A stretch of DNA of 64,000 bases, from the NCBI RefSeq assembly GCF_006345805.1, contig NC_043007.1, positions 7,068,001 to 7,132,000 of the forward strand, in the 5' to 3' direction. Of the stretch, positions 38,651-52,862 are shown piece after piece. Both the position numbers and the translations under genes were made by a program. The notes beneath the pieces are model-generated. The model was not told the origin of the DNA. It was given only the letters and a program-made list of their open reading frames with translations, and made no database searches. How positions within the stretch are numbered: position 1 is the stretch's first letter; every line of letters starts with the position of its first letter. Source of the stretch: Octopus sinensis (taxonomy: Eukaryota).

Positions 38651-41600
38651 TACGTACGCACACGCACATACAAATGTAAATATAAATATATATACATATA
38701 TATCTATAGATACATATATTCACGGACAAATAAGTGTATATATACATATGTGTATATATATCTATATATACATGTGCATGTGTGTGTATGTATATATATA
38801 TGTGTGTGTGTGTGTATGTGTATACATCACATATGTACTTGGCGTGTACAAAAATAACGAAGAATATGAAGTATTTAATTTACTAAGTCGACAGCTGTCT
38901 GAAGAAGCTCAAAGTTCATAATAATAATTTGCAAATGAAATATGCAAAAAAAGTTATGGCTGTGTAACCGGCAACCAGTCAAATGGCGATATTACAGTAA
39001 GTTTGTCTCCTGGTTCCCCTCATCAAGAAAAGATTGGTAAAAGAGGTTCATAAAGAAATGCTAAGTGATATAAGTGGTAAATAGAAGAGAAGAGGCTGAA
39101 CAAAAACGAAAGGCAGGGTGAGGTAGGAGGATTACTACGATATAGGAGGGAACAAAGCTAGAATAAAAGAAACATAGAGAAAGTAAAGTTAAATTTGATA
39201 AAAACAAAGTCTGTCTAGTGAAGGCAGACTTCATTGGGAGTCCAGGAGATCTATCTAAGCAGATAATAAATTAGGTAGGATTGCAGCTGACTAGGCACAG
39301 AGAGACAGGAAAACCCAAGCTATGAAGGAAAGGTTAGCAGAGGAAAAAAGTCTGTTGAAATGAGGAGAATACGTTGCAAGGAGAAAAGGAAAAAAGAAAA
39401 TGGTGCTTACAAAGCTAAATATTAAGAAAAGACCATCATTCACAATTAGAAGAAATTATAAAGACTTTACATTATGATTGAATGTGGAATAAAATTTTTA
39501 CCTACAAGGGGAGATTACGTCAGAGAACCTATTGAGTAACGTGATATTATAATAGTGAAGAATAGCATGCGATTCCCTGTAACATAATTTATAAACATAA
39601 TGGTCAGTGTTGTACAGGGAGCGCCACAAACTATGCACCGGGACTTGAAGTGGTGTGTATATGTAGCTAGCGAGTTAGAGAGATTCGTGTTTCTGAGAAT
39701 AAATTCATGTGAGCCGAGTAGCATCACTTGAAGCCAGCGGTGCTGCCAATGTAAACCTTAGCATTGGTAAGAAAATATGGTTATTACTCCGCATTTTCAT
39801 GCGAAGCAATAGCATAAACAAAATCCATCTTATGAACGTAGTTTAAACACCCGGCAATTATAGTTTCTTCCACTAGCGCTGAGCTTACGATTTGTCCCTA
39901 TTCTATGCTGAGTTATATGATCAGCTATCATCGATGCGCGACCAGAAGTATTATCGTTACTGCTATGGGGCTGGTAGTGGGCTTCCACGTAGTAACAAGT
40001 ACTAGGGGCTATGCAACGAACGTCGCTCTTATTGTAGTGAGTAAGATTCCCAAAGTTCATAGCATTTGTATCTAGCGGTTATAGATATAAATAGGCGCAA
40101 ACTTAGTAATGTAGGTCCTACAAACCACTCATGTGGGGACCACATGTGCTGGTCGTAGGGCCCGCAATAAGACGACTTGGTTTGCGCCAATTGGAAGAGG
40201 TACTTATAGATTCCAAGTTTGGTGCTGTAGAGTTTGAGATTTCTATGGAATATTCACTGAGGATGGGTTAATAGTTATGGTGGAGCGGGGAGTGTTATAG
40301 CTTAGAATTTGAAAAATTGCTTAGGTAAATCAACTCCAGAACATTTTTATTAGTCAGGTGTCTATTCTAGCATTGCCTTTTGCTATACCTCTAACTTAAA
40401 GGGAAATAAGAGAACCGACACAGCTTTGGTTGGTCGTCAGGGGGCATAGAAGGCTCTCACTCAAGGTGCCACGTGGTTGGACTGGATCCAGAACTATATG
40501 GTTGGGATGCGAAGTTCTGACAGCAGAGACAGGCCTACTCCTATATGTGTATAGCATGTGTGGGTGTTTATGTGTACATGTATGTATGCATATGTAGTTA
40601 TTATAATGTTATTAATTATAAACCGTCATGGGGATTTCACATAATTGGGCTGCAAGTTTTCTGCTCTGAATTGATCGATGGTGTTTAATCTGTCAACGTA
40701 TTTTGGAAAGAAGTAGATAAGAAAATTACCGGAACAAAGTTAGCCAACCTCGCGCCCTCATTAATTCACTAATACGTGTATAGATACATGAAGATATGAA
40801 TAGTTCCGAGTCGCATAATTTACATCACCCAGTATGTATGTATGTATGTATGTATGTATGTATGTATGTATGTATGTATGTATGTATGTATGTATGTATG
40901 TAGGTATGTATGTATGTATGTATAAATAATTTCTTTTGTGCGTGTAGCCAGATCATCAAGTAAAATAATACATGATACATTGAAACTGTTAATGGAAATT
41001 TTAACAAGCATCGTGCATTGATCAATACAATCCGATGGCGTGCTGTCGAACAATGGATGTGAATAGGCTTCAGACTTCTTAAGACCCGAATTTATTTAAA
41101 GAAATATGTTTCGTGAAAAAACAAAATTATGGAAAACAAAACTATGTTCATAATGAGCCATGTGCACATTTTCTTTATATTCATTAAATGATATTCATAG
41201 AAATAAATATGTCAGCTGTGAAGGAGAGATGGAAGCACTGAGTTACTTGTTTAAGCATAAACGTATTGCAATAGTCTTACTTTTAGAATTGTGATAGTAA
41301 TTTGTAATGGAATCTAGTAAGCACATAAATGTGTTATAGACATGCTCAATGAAACAAAACCTCACTTAGGTGGGATAAAGGCTATAAAATATCGCCATAT
41401 TTCCGGATGGTTCTTTTTCTTTTTCCTGTCAAATAAACACATGCACTGTATAATCGTTCTTCACTCGTTTATAGTTGTTCTTATTTTATCAAAGATTTCT
41501 AGACAATGGTCATAAGATAAAACAAGAATACCTGTAAACGATCGAAGAACGAATATGTAGTGCGTGTGTTTATTTGGCAAGAAAAAATGACCGTCCTGAA

Positions 41601-41930
41601 GTATATTTTTCAACTCATCATTTTACAACAGGAACCTTGCAAAACAAATTCATGAAAGTAAAAATGTTATAAAAGTTACGTTCACCGTCATCAGTAAAAT
41701 GTGCGTCATTTTATTCAAAGTACCTTCGCCATGTTCCCCTGGACAGTTAAACCGAAGACCTACGTGTGTGTATTTGAGTCTCTATCTGTATGTAAATATA
41801 ATACATATTCATATAGATACATACATATACATATATATATATATGGTTTTATCTCTAATTTAATTTATATAATACTACATTTGTTCCACGTCCTCGCGTT
41901 GTTGTGTTTTTTGTGGTTTCTTGTTTGGAT

Positions 41931-41993
<63 letters not shown>

Positions 41994-42179
41994 TATATAT
42001 ACGTATGTATATACATTGTATTTATTTACATAACTATGTGTGTACCTAAGTTTATGTTAACAACCGGAGTTAATTTGCTTACGTCAGCAAAAGAGAGCGA
42101 TTGAGGAAATACGTGCCTTGAAACAAAATTTGTAGAAGGGTTAGGGTTCTAATCGACTGCGCCACCACAAAAGAACATT

Positions 42180-43010
42180 CGGGCCTTTGCCAAGAGAAGG
42201 ATATTTCCAAGTTCTTCCAATTTCTTCAAATCAACTGCTTCACACTTCCTTCTTAACCTCACCACCCTCCCTTAGTTTCAAAAAGTACTTAACAATACCC
42301 ACATTTCTTTGAAAACTAACCAATCTACCTCTACCCGTTCCTACTCACACCCCTCTATTCAATTCTATATGCCTCTATTGACCATAATACCCCAACCCCC
42401 TCCAGTACCACCCCAATTCCTTTGTCCCACTAACAACTACTTTTGACCACCTTTCCACCCTCCACCTACAGAACCAGTCAACTCTTATCCCTCAATTAAA
42501 AGCCATCTCTCTTTCTCTATCTCAGCCTCCAACTCTATAAAGCCTTCATAAAAACCAACACCAAGATCATCTTTCACATACCACCTTAACCACTCTTCCC
42601 CCTTCATCCCAGCTTCCACCTCATTATTAGCCCTAACCCCACAATCTATTTTCTCCTCCCACCTACTCTCTCTCTAAACCCCTCACCAACTCCTCTTTCT
42701 AATACACTTAATTTTCTACAAAATCATTCCATCTTTAATCTCCATCCTGTCAACACTTCAAACTTAAAATTCTTCCCTGAAGACAGGGGCTGGTGGTATC
42801 AAGTTACAAGCATTATTTTGCACCATCAAGTCCCCCAGAAACAGCTGTTAGACTCGAGAGACATCTACTCAACTCCCTTAATTCCAGATATTTCTATTCG
42901 GTGTAAGTCAGCTTCTTTTTTATATGTAAACATCCTTTTTTTTAAAAATTGTATTTAATATTTTTTTGTATATCGATTTGCCTGAATTGCTTGCCCATAT
43001 ATTAACTCCT
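42180..43010 (+). mobile_element. PLE-like terminal repeat (family D) with HHR-like motif at 42774-42852
   Basis: G-poor tract followed by CTGAAGA-caggggc...gtccccca-GAAAC-agct-GTT-aga; stem I decayed. Confidence 0.6.
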
Positions 43011-43078
43011 CTTCCGGACCAAATTCAGTCTCTTCAGCACTACGAAATGCATTGTATACGGAGAATGCCCGTCTCTAA

Positions 43079-43205
<127 letters not shown>

Positions 43206-43707
43206 AATTCTGACTGTTGTTTCCAGTGTAATATAAGAGAAATTATTTATGCAGTTTTAAAGGGGGTTGAATGTTGAACTCGCTGTAAAATGTCGAATGT
43301 AGCTAAAATCATAATCTTTTATTTTTTGTACAATATTTATCAATTTACTGTAATAACTTTCAAGATTAAGAAACAACAGATGGGTTAATAATCGTTAGTT
43401 TAGAATATTGATTGAGATGAAATATAAGTAACCTGGTGGAAAACATTTTTTGGTTTAAGTAAAGAGAAAAAAATAATATGCTTTTTACTTCCTTAAAATG
43501 TTTCTTAACACAGTAAAATATGAGATTGAAATTGAACTTATTAAGGAATGTAGTTCTTAAAATGTGGCAGAAAAATGCTAAATAAAGCAAGCATCGGCAA
43601 TTGTGTTCACATATATTACGCATGAGTGTAGACACATATCTACACGAAAAGTCTCTGACACACACACACACCCAAAAAAAACAACTGTGTAAAGCATCTG
43701 CGAATAG

Positions 43708-43777
<70 letters not shown>

Positions 43778-45489
43778 TTTCAAAGATATTTGAAATATAT
43801 CTATAAATAGAGAGATGGGAATACAAGAAAAGGGTGAACGGGGGAATGTATATCTAAAAAAACCTTCCAAACGCCGAAAGATACGAATAGATGTTTTCTT
43901 TTCTGTTCGCCTTATTACTTATTCATTTGTTTGGTATATGTATAGTTCTGTTGACAGAAACATACATATATTACACACAAAGAGACGTATTTATTTTCGA
44001 TTGTCATATCAATAGCAAAATATGCACATTTGCAGTTCAAAGACTGCAAGTCTCGAAGCACTCAACCTATCCCTAAAGTAATATTAGAAACAAAACTCAG
44101 AACCCGCTGCACAGGAAAGGCTTCCTGTAAAAGAGATGTCAATGTTCTGAATTATTTCTTTTATTCTAGAGAATATTCAGTATCGTTAGACCCTACCCTA
44201 AAAGTTTAAAACATTTAACCCTTTAAGAATTCTTTTAAGAGCTCGATATTTACATTCGTAGTCAAAGATCTCAAAGCAAAACATTCTTTCCAAATATATG
44301 TGGATTGTAAGACCAAGGAGATGCAATGGAGTAATCTCGTAAAAAGCAAAGACATTGAGTCATTTCAACATTTACTGCCAACTCTGGGAACCTGAGAAAC
44401 TTATGCTTCTCACTCAAGCTTCCAAGCATATTCCTCTAACAGCGGATGTTGGCCATTTGGCTCTCTGAATTTCCAACCTATACCTGGGATATCACGATAT
44501 ACGAAAGATTAAAATAAACTGAACCCAAGGTTAATAGTTGGCTTTTACTGAGAGACTAGGGACGGTCGTTTCCCTTAAAAAACGCAATCTAATGTGTGTA
44601 ATGGGTGGCTATCATAATCTCTTTCTACCTTTCGAACTCAACCGCTCTCATATCATGATTTTTGGTGCATTGTGTACATTCTATACACAAGATTAACACT
44701 TCACCCCAAATCAGCGAAATCAGTTCTCTTAGCAACCCTTACAAGAGCGCCATCAGAACTGAGAAGCATACCTTTGTCTATTGCAATGTCGTTGAACTCT
44801 CCCTGTTCCTTAATTGCAATCGACCTCATTGGTTCCATTCCAGAATTTCCTACACTAAATTTTTCCTTCATTTCTCAATAGTGATGGTTTGTGTGAACAT
44901 TACACACCACTCAGAGGCATCCATTATATTATCTGTCCGCATTGCATCTGATCCAACTCCGTACGGTGCACATTACATACTCGCGTTTAGTTCCTTCCCA
45001 AATTATCCTCTTCTACGTACAAACAAGCCATTTACGAAAGTAGAACTCGTCACTTTAAACAGAGGCCACCACCTCTGATAGTTTCCCTACTAACAGACCC
45101 ATTTCATAAACTCCAGAATATCAGCACCACCACCATCATCAACATATAGTGCAACACATTAAACAGGGACGTAACCAGAACCTAACCTATTTTCTAATCG
45201 ACTTGATGCTGGAAGTCAACGTTGAACATACGATGGAGTCTATTTGGGTTAGATTTCTTTTTTAAACCCCCTCTTTTATTTGTTTCTTCTTTCTTTCATT
45301 CTTTCAAATTTAGCTTTGTAAGAGTGGAGGCTCCTGTATCATTTGGAAGCTCGTTCAGAAACGTACTTCATTCTGTGGCCCGAATATGTGCCACCTCATA
45401 AACCTGGCTTATTTTATCGATACTGAGGTGGCCTCTCCTCTTCTCCTACCACTTCCATTCAGCCACCTTCCACTCTCTAGTCTGACCTC

Positions 45490-46135
45490 TTTCCATTACT
45501 CGCGTTGTGTCCAACCATCCAAGCCCTACTAATACTCTCAAAGTCCACTAGATCTAGCCACTTTATTAATCAAACTATTCAGCGTTTGTTTGTTTTTCTC
45601 CCTATCTGTCTCTTCAAACTCTCTCTCTTTCTCTCTCTCCTTATCGATCTATTTTTCTCCTTTCTACTAATGTATTCCGATATTTGGATACAAGCTGCAG
45701 TGTGTCTCATTTCTAAGAACGACAACCAGTCTTCATAATTATCGCCCTTCCGCACTCACTTCAAATACTTCAATAAATTGAGAAGATCAGCAGCTACGAC
45801 ATACCAATATAAATCTGCCACTTGTTACTAACAACTATACGGCTTCCGAAAATTAGATACCTGGAGAAACAATATCCCGTCATACACTAGTCGTCTCACT
45901 TCCTGGAGAAATTTAGTTAACACCATCGAAGTCCTCAAAGTTTTCGACAACACCTAAAATCAAAACCTTTCAAAACATACTACTTAGGCGCACACCATTC
46001 CTTTCTTGGTTCAGTGGTTTGCACTCACATTGTACTATCGCAGCTAATGTTAGAAACGTTGGTGTTCTGCAGGATTTAGTTCTGCTCCCCATACTCCTTC
46101 CTCACTACATCAAGGATCTTCCTGGCTCACTCTAT
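45490..46135 (+). mobile_element. Highly degenerate CR1/L2/Jockey-type RT fragment
   Basis: NYRPSALTS, YGFR, KVFD and GVLQDLVLLPILLPHYIKDLP (GVPQGS..YINDLP-like) in the correct order. Confidence 0.7.
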
Positions 46136-48257
46136 AAGCTTCCAGGGATAAGCTTCGTTTATATGCAACTGAAATACCTCACATTAAAGATGGAGTGACT
46201 CCTTCATGACTAACCTCAAGAATAAAGTCCAATGCATATTTGAAGAACACATAATCATATTATTTTACACAGATCCAAATGCTAGACCTCACCGCTCTGA
46301 GGTATTTTGCTTTTCATTTTACCTCCCAGCTATGACAATATTCTGACTCAGCACATACGCCGCACTTGACTACATACAGAGAAAGACTGTGTGGTACATA
46401 GGCATGAATTCACTCAAAAACATGCTCCATTCTGTTGTCCGAATATGTGCCGCCTCATAAACCAGGCTTATTTTATGGACACTGAGGTGGCCTCTACGCT
46501 TCTCGTACCACTTCCATTCATCCACCTCTCACTCACTAGAATGACCTGTTTCCATTACTCGCGTCGTGTCCAACCATCCAAGCCCTGCTAATAGACCCAT
46601 TTCATAAACCCCAGAATATCAACACCACCACCATCAGCATATAGGGCAACACATTAAACAGGGATGTCAATAGACCCATTTCGGCGAGCTTCCAAATGAT
46701 ACAGGAGCCTCCACTCTTACGAAGCTAAATTTGAAAGAATAGAAGAAAGAACAAACGAATAAAAGAGAGGATTTACAAAGAAATCTAGCCCAAATAGACT
46801 CCATCATTTGTTCAACGTTGACTTTTAATATCAAATCGATTAGAAAATAGGTTAGTTTTTGGTTACGTCCCTGTTTAACTGTGGTGGTGAGGCCAGGCGC
46901 TACTTTAGCGCAAGGCATATATTTATCTTACATATCCCGGTGATGTCCATTTGATAGATCGCCTCAGCGGGAAACAATATCTGAATATGACTATCGAAAA
47001 CATTAAATTATTCTTTGAGAAACTAAACCAGGTATTGTGTACATTCCATCCAACTCGTCAAAACCAATGTATTCGACACACACGTCTACATATGTGTGTG
47101 TGTGTGTACATCAATTGTTATATAAGTGGTAACTGAATAACTCGGTCTTAAGGCGATGTGCGCATACACGCAGACATAGACAAGTATACTCACAGATATA
47201 GGTATAGGTGTATAGGTGTGCGTATAGAGAGAGAGAGAGCTCAGAATCAAATTATTGAAAATATTGATCATATCTATAATAGCATATTTTCTGACTTGGG
47301 GTAAAATAACTTTTTTTTTCTTTCAGTTTTACTCATTCCATACAATACATTTTCCTAGTTTTGCAAGAATATTTTGCTAGTGATGAATGTTAAAATATAA
47401 CCAGGTAAAAATCGATGAAAGTCTCCCACAAGCAGTGCAATAGCAGCATTAATATTTACAATGGCATGCTGAAAAAGAGATAAGTTAATTCTAAATTTTG
47501 AAAGTGTTTTATTTTTGCGCTTTGTTAATTAGAAAATACCCCGTCTTCATTCTCCACTCTCTGCCCCACCCCTAAAGTAGTCAGGCTGGATTCATGGAAA
47601 GACAGATACGGAAAGACCTAGAAATAAGTAAAATCAATAAAATATATATATATATATAGCTGCGGGAAAATATTCTGTTAATCTTTAAAAGAGATAAAAT
47701 CAAAAAGATGTGTCTGCCCATGTGTGTGTGTGTGTAATTTGGCATCTGTGTATGTATGCAGAGAAACATACACGAAGTTCTCCAAAAATAAATATGTATA
47801 CTTTGAAAACACAAAACTTTTATAACCAATGTGTCTGTTTATGTATATATGTATATATAATATATATGTACATATATATATTTATTTATGTATGTATGAA
47901 TTTATGAATATATATATGTGTCTGTGTGAGTGTGTGTGTGTGTGCGCGCGTGTGTATGTGTATATTAGTTTTGGTTGGAAGGCAGATACGTGATACATAC
48001 AGAGCGACATCTGTACATAGATATTCACGATACACGGTGGTTATTTTAACCACTTTATACTCAGAGCACACTTTAAAAAGCGATGTGTTAATATGAACTT
48101 CCCGCTGTTTATCATAGATTTTTAACATACTTACGTACATATGTAAATACATAAACACACACACTCATACGCATATATATATATTTATACACGCATATAT
48201 ATTTGCTCATCAACGTTGTCAGTACTTCGAGAATTAGATAACTCCGTTACATATATA

Positions 48258-48410
48258 TTCTTTTCTAGGTCTGAAATATTTCGGGGAGGGGGCCATTCAA
48301 TTAGATCGACCTCAGTACGCAACTGGTACTTAATTTATCGAACCCGAAAGGATGAAAGGCAAAGTCGATTTCGGCGGCATTTGAACTCAGAACGTACAGA
48401 AAAAACGAAA
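48258..48410 (-). mobile_element. SINE family 1
   Basis: tcgacctcagtacgcaactggtacttaatttatcgaacccgaaaggatgaaaggcaaagtcga. Confidence 0.8.
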
Positions 48411-48457
48411 TACCATTATATATATATATATATATTCAAATTTTTACACACATATAC

Positions 48458-48504
<47 letters not shown>

Positions 48505-49061
48505 TGTGTGTACGCGCGCGTGCGTGCGTGTGTGTATAAATACCACAAACCTACCACATTGTATTCCGGAGCTAATGCATAAACCAATAATTATAAAACC
48601 ATTGATTCCCTGGTATTCCCTTTCGAATAAGCAATTAAAATTTTCTTTCGAGCGCCAATTAAATACAAGCACCATAACAGAAATTAATGCAGAATGGAAC
48701 AGCCACAGAAACGATCTACCTAGTACTCGCCTTATATTAAACAATAGGCCAACCCGAAATCACAACAATTAGTTCCACTGAAATCGTCACAGCCACACCC
48801 TTATCAGCTGCTCTGTTACAAATAATGCCTTCCACACATTGCAATGTCATTCAATCACGTCGGTTTTACTTTTAGGTTTTGTATTTCTGGATATGTTGCA
48901 GAATGCAGCGTTTTCCAATATCCAGATATAGAACTGTAGCATGTTTATATTATGAGCGTCTCTATTCAATCTAATGCAATTTGAGGAAGTATATTCGTAT
49001 AAAAATTCGTTACCAATTCACAGGAATTGTGTAGCATCGCCCACTCTATAACAATATACTA

Positions 49062-50315
49062 TTGGGTTGTCTGGAAAGTTCGTGCCAAATTTTTAAAGGA
49101 AAGGAAAAGGTCAATAAATATTTGCCATTATATATTTAATCAACCAAATATGAACCATTTTGTTGCACAATGCATCTCCATCTTTCCTTTAACTTGAAAA
49201 TACCCTCTTCCCAGAATTGAGGTGGTTTCATAGCAAATAATTCATCAAGGTATCTTTTTACGCCATCCAAGGAATTGAAATTTTTACCATTAACACTATT
49301 CTGCAGAGACCTGAATAAGTGGAAATCCGAAGGAGCAATATCTAGTGAATATGGCGGGGAGGGGTAACACATCCCAGCCGAGCTGCAGCAATTTTTGTCT
49401 CGTTCCCAAAGAAACGTGCGGTCTTGTATTATTATGTTGGAAAACAACACCCTTCCTATTGGCCAATTCTGGACGGTTCTCTTGAATTGCTGCATTTAAC
49501 TCGTCCAGTTGCGTGCAGTATTTCTCAGAATTAAATGTCTGGTTACTTGGGAGAAGCTCATAGTACATAATTCCTTTCCAATCTCGCCAGACACAAAGCA
49601 AGACTTTTTAGGGTGAAGACACGCTTATTGTAGGATCGCTTTCTCTGAACATTTCGGTAGATAATCTATTTCTCATCACCTGTCACAATTTGCTTTAAAA
49701 AAGGCACGTTTTCATTCCGTTTATAAAGCGAATCACAGATGGAAATGCGATCCAAAAAGTTCTTCTCACTCAACTCATGTGGTACCCAAACATCGTAGCG
49801 ATTTGTGTACCCAAGCTTTACCAGGTGCTCATGAACGACGGACTTTGATAGGTTGAGGCTTTCTGCCAATTTTCGGGTTGTGCAATGTGGGTTATTCTCA
49901 ATTAATGACTTTATTTGGTCATCATCTGTAGTGGATGGTCTGCCTGATCGCTCTTTATCAATAAGGCTACAATCTCCAGCTTGGATCCTTGCGAATCACT
50001 TCCGTACAGTTCTTTCGGATAAAGAAACATCACCGTAAACTATGCATAATTCGTTGATTGCTTGTGAGGCATTTTTCCCTTTACAGAAAAAGAAAAGCAT
50101 CAAGTGCTGAAAATGAACTTTCTTGTCTTCCATTTTAAAGGGTTACAGAATTAACACAGGTTATAGGAACGTGAACCTTCTTCCACGAAAAGATAGCTTA
50201 AACTGTGCTCTAAATGGAAGTGGAGTCAAATCCTATTTTATGGACTCAACCACGTTCTAAACTAAGTCGAAAGGTAAGCTACTATTAATCGGCACGAACT
50301 TTCCGGACAACCCAA
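49062..50315 (-). mobile_element. Near full-length mariner transposon (1254 bp)
   Basis: TIRs ttgggttgtctggaaagttcgtgcc / ggcacgaactttccggacaacccaa; TA on both sides (49060-61, 50316-17). Confidence 0.95.
49136..50133 (-). pseudogene. Mariner transposase with stops and frameshifts
   Basis: MEDKKVHFQHLMLFFFCKGKNASQA, WVPHEL, IVTGDEK, FQHNNTRPH, PPYSLDIAPSDFHLFRSLQN. Confidence 0.9.
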
Positions 50316-51111
50316 TACATTGTTGCCCTAATATCTGTCGCTAAACTATTTCCATGTCATCTTGTTTTCTACAAGGATTGCTTACAGCACAGCTGATCCA
50401 TGATCGATGAATTGTAGGTTAGTAGATTCCGAAAAGTCACTGAGAACTGCCATACGATGTTTCAGCCATGTTTACATTCTGAAGTATAAAACAAAAAGCC
50501 GAGTTTCTTATTACATTTACCAGCTTCTACAGTCGAGAAAACAATTAGCAACCACATACTTTGGCCTGTTTAATCTAATTTACCATCGACCGAAACAATA
50601 TAGAATTGTGCCAAATATAGCATTGTGCCTATATTAAGAATCATTGTAACTCGTTTGTGTAAGATCTTTTATGGCACTAGTAATTATATAATTGGTTTTA
50701 TTGAATCTAAAAGACCAATTCTATCTTCAATAATGTAGGTATTCCTTAACCGAGCTTACTGATTCTTGTCATTACATTATTAGAAAACATCAGATACGCC
50801 AATGTGACTGAAGTGAAACCTCTTCATCTCCTTACCATAAACTTCTAATAATATTTACGCTTGAGTAGTTTTGAATGAGAAATAAAGTGAAAAATCAAAA
50901 AACTGAATTAAATATGATGTGCATTACATTGTGCTCGATTGAGAATTTCTAGAATTTATTCTTAACCACCGGTAGCATTTGAACTCAGGACATAAAGACG
51001 GAAGAAATGCCGCTTAGCATTTTGTCCGGTGTACTAAGGATTCTGTCAGCTCATCGCCAACCATTCACCTATTACATTAATAAGTTACATTAATATTAGC
51101 CTTCTCTTTTA

Positions 51112-51935
51112 ATACGTTATCTGATCAATAAGTATCCGGACAGTTGCCATAGTAACGAACCTGAAGCACGCAGAGTAAAGCCGCCTTTGCATGCGCACTA
51201 ACTTTTAATGTTATAGCGTATTCCCGTTTTATTACAGCAGAGCTTAGAGTAGAGGTATGTAGCGTGTGATCGTCGCATTAACCATGACAGAGAAGGCTGA
51301 GCAGAGAATCTGCATCAAATTTTGCCAAAAGCTTGGCGATACCGAGTCAGAGGCCTATGCAAAATTTTCAAAAAGTTTTCATCGCTCTCGACACACTCAA
51401 AGAGATTTTGTGCAACTGAAACCCGAGTGACCTTTTGGTCAACAGAAAGCAGTTTTGCCACAAACTTGGCAGACACAAGTCTCATACCCAAATCAATGAG
51501 AATGGACTGAACTGAACCGGAACTAATCTGGCTATTCTCTGATAACTCACAGATGGTGATGCGATGATTTTCCCTCGTAGCTGCACGCTCACCCGTGATG
51601 TCTTTCTCAGTTATGCTGTTTGTGGGTCTTTCAATACCAACATTTTTTCGACCATCTTGGAGACGTCAGAACCACTCGTATGCTTGCGTGCGGCTCATAC
51701 ATTCCTCTCCATACACTTTCAACAACTTTACGCTGGCCTCTTTGCACAGGTATCTCCATGAAAACTTTCTCTGTTATGGACAATGGGACGATCACACTCT
51801 ACACATCTTCCTTCAAAGCAAAGCTGTAAACAGCAGAAGTGAGTTAGAATGTTAAAACTTAGCGCGCATGCACAGAAGAGTTTAAGGTCAATCTGTGCCA
51901 AGAGGCTTTTCTCTGCTTTAGCTTTGTTTCATCGA
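51112..51935. mobile_element. Two mariner 5' halves joined in inverted orientation
   Basis: Plus strand: TIR-like end, then MTEKAEQRICIKFCQKLGDT. Minus strand: KVYGEECMSRTQAYEWF..LGMRLVSAKFVAKLLS..ESDENF. Both carry the gcatgcgc.ctaa.tttt 5' motif. Confidence 0.75.
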
Positions 51936-52199
51936 AGGAATGAAGCACTTCCGGAGTTGTTTCGCCACCGGAAGAGATATTGCATTCAGAGACGAAGTAC
52001 AGGAGCCTCTTCAATCGATAGATGGTTGCCTTAAGTATGTATATACTTAAGGCAAACATCTATCTATATTTAAGAGATGAGGAATTATGTACATTATTTA
52101 CATTATTTACAATTGACCGATATTTGTCCTCATCTCATTTCTAAGGTATTTTGTTTGATATTAATATTATCATTCAGGTGAATCTTGGGTTTAGTAGGA

Positions 52200-52719
52200 C
52201 GAAAAGAGAGGACACAACCAATGAACTGTCCACAGTCTGTCTACACTATGTGAAAGGCCTCTCCGAAAAGATAGAAAAGATATGCGGTCCATATGACATA
52301 AAGACAGTATTCAAAAGTAATACAACACCTCGAAAATATCTCCTTCGAGTAAAACCACCAATAGAAGAGAATGTGGCCAAGAAGTGCGTGTACGCCATCC
52401 CATGCAGCTGTGGTAAGTTATACAACGGTGAAACATGCCTTCCCCTCAAAATAAGAAGTAAGAGTAGAGGAACATCGCAAAGCTGTGACACGAGGAGATA
52501 TTGATAAATCGAGTATAGCTGGTCATGTATGGTAACATGGAGACCACATACCCGTGTGGGATGAAGGGAATAGACAGAGAACACCACTGGAAAATACGAA
52601 AACTAAAAGAAGCAGCAGAAATGCTAGAACACAACAACCTGCTGAGCAGACCGAGTGCAGGTATGAACAGCATATGGGAAGTGGCATTAAGGAAGGACAG
52701 GAGAATATTAGATTTATAA
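52200..52719 (+). pseudogene. Penelope-type GIY-YIG endonuclease fragment
   Basis: LHYVKGLSEKI..CVYAIPCSCGKLYNGETCLPLKIR..EEHRKA..KSSIAGHVW..DREHHWKIRKLKEA. Confidence 0.85.
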
Positions 52720-52749
52720 GCCCAAAAATTCGCTCCATAATTGCTCACG

Positions 52750-52822
52750 TGCATATGGGGTAGTGGTTAAGAGCGATGGCTACTAACCTCAAGATTCCGA
52801 GTTCGATTCCAGGCAGTCACCT
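52750..52822 (+). other. tRNA-like sequence (A box, anticodon-like arm, B box) within the PLE 3' region
   Basis: gtagtggttaagagcg (A box), ctactaa loop, ccgagttcgattccagg (B box/T arm); acceptor stem not intact. Confidence 0.65.
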
Positions 52823-52862
52823 GAACAAAATACCTTAGGAATGAGAATCAAAATTTCCCCAA

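Noticed and set aside
39515-40300. RNase H-like GSH..I.RN...NSLA on the minus strand
   Set aside because: Weak similarity only; catalytic residues not identifiable.
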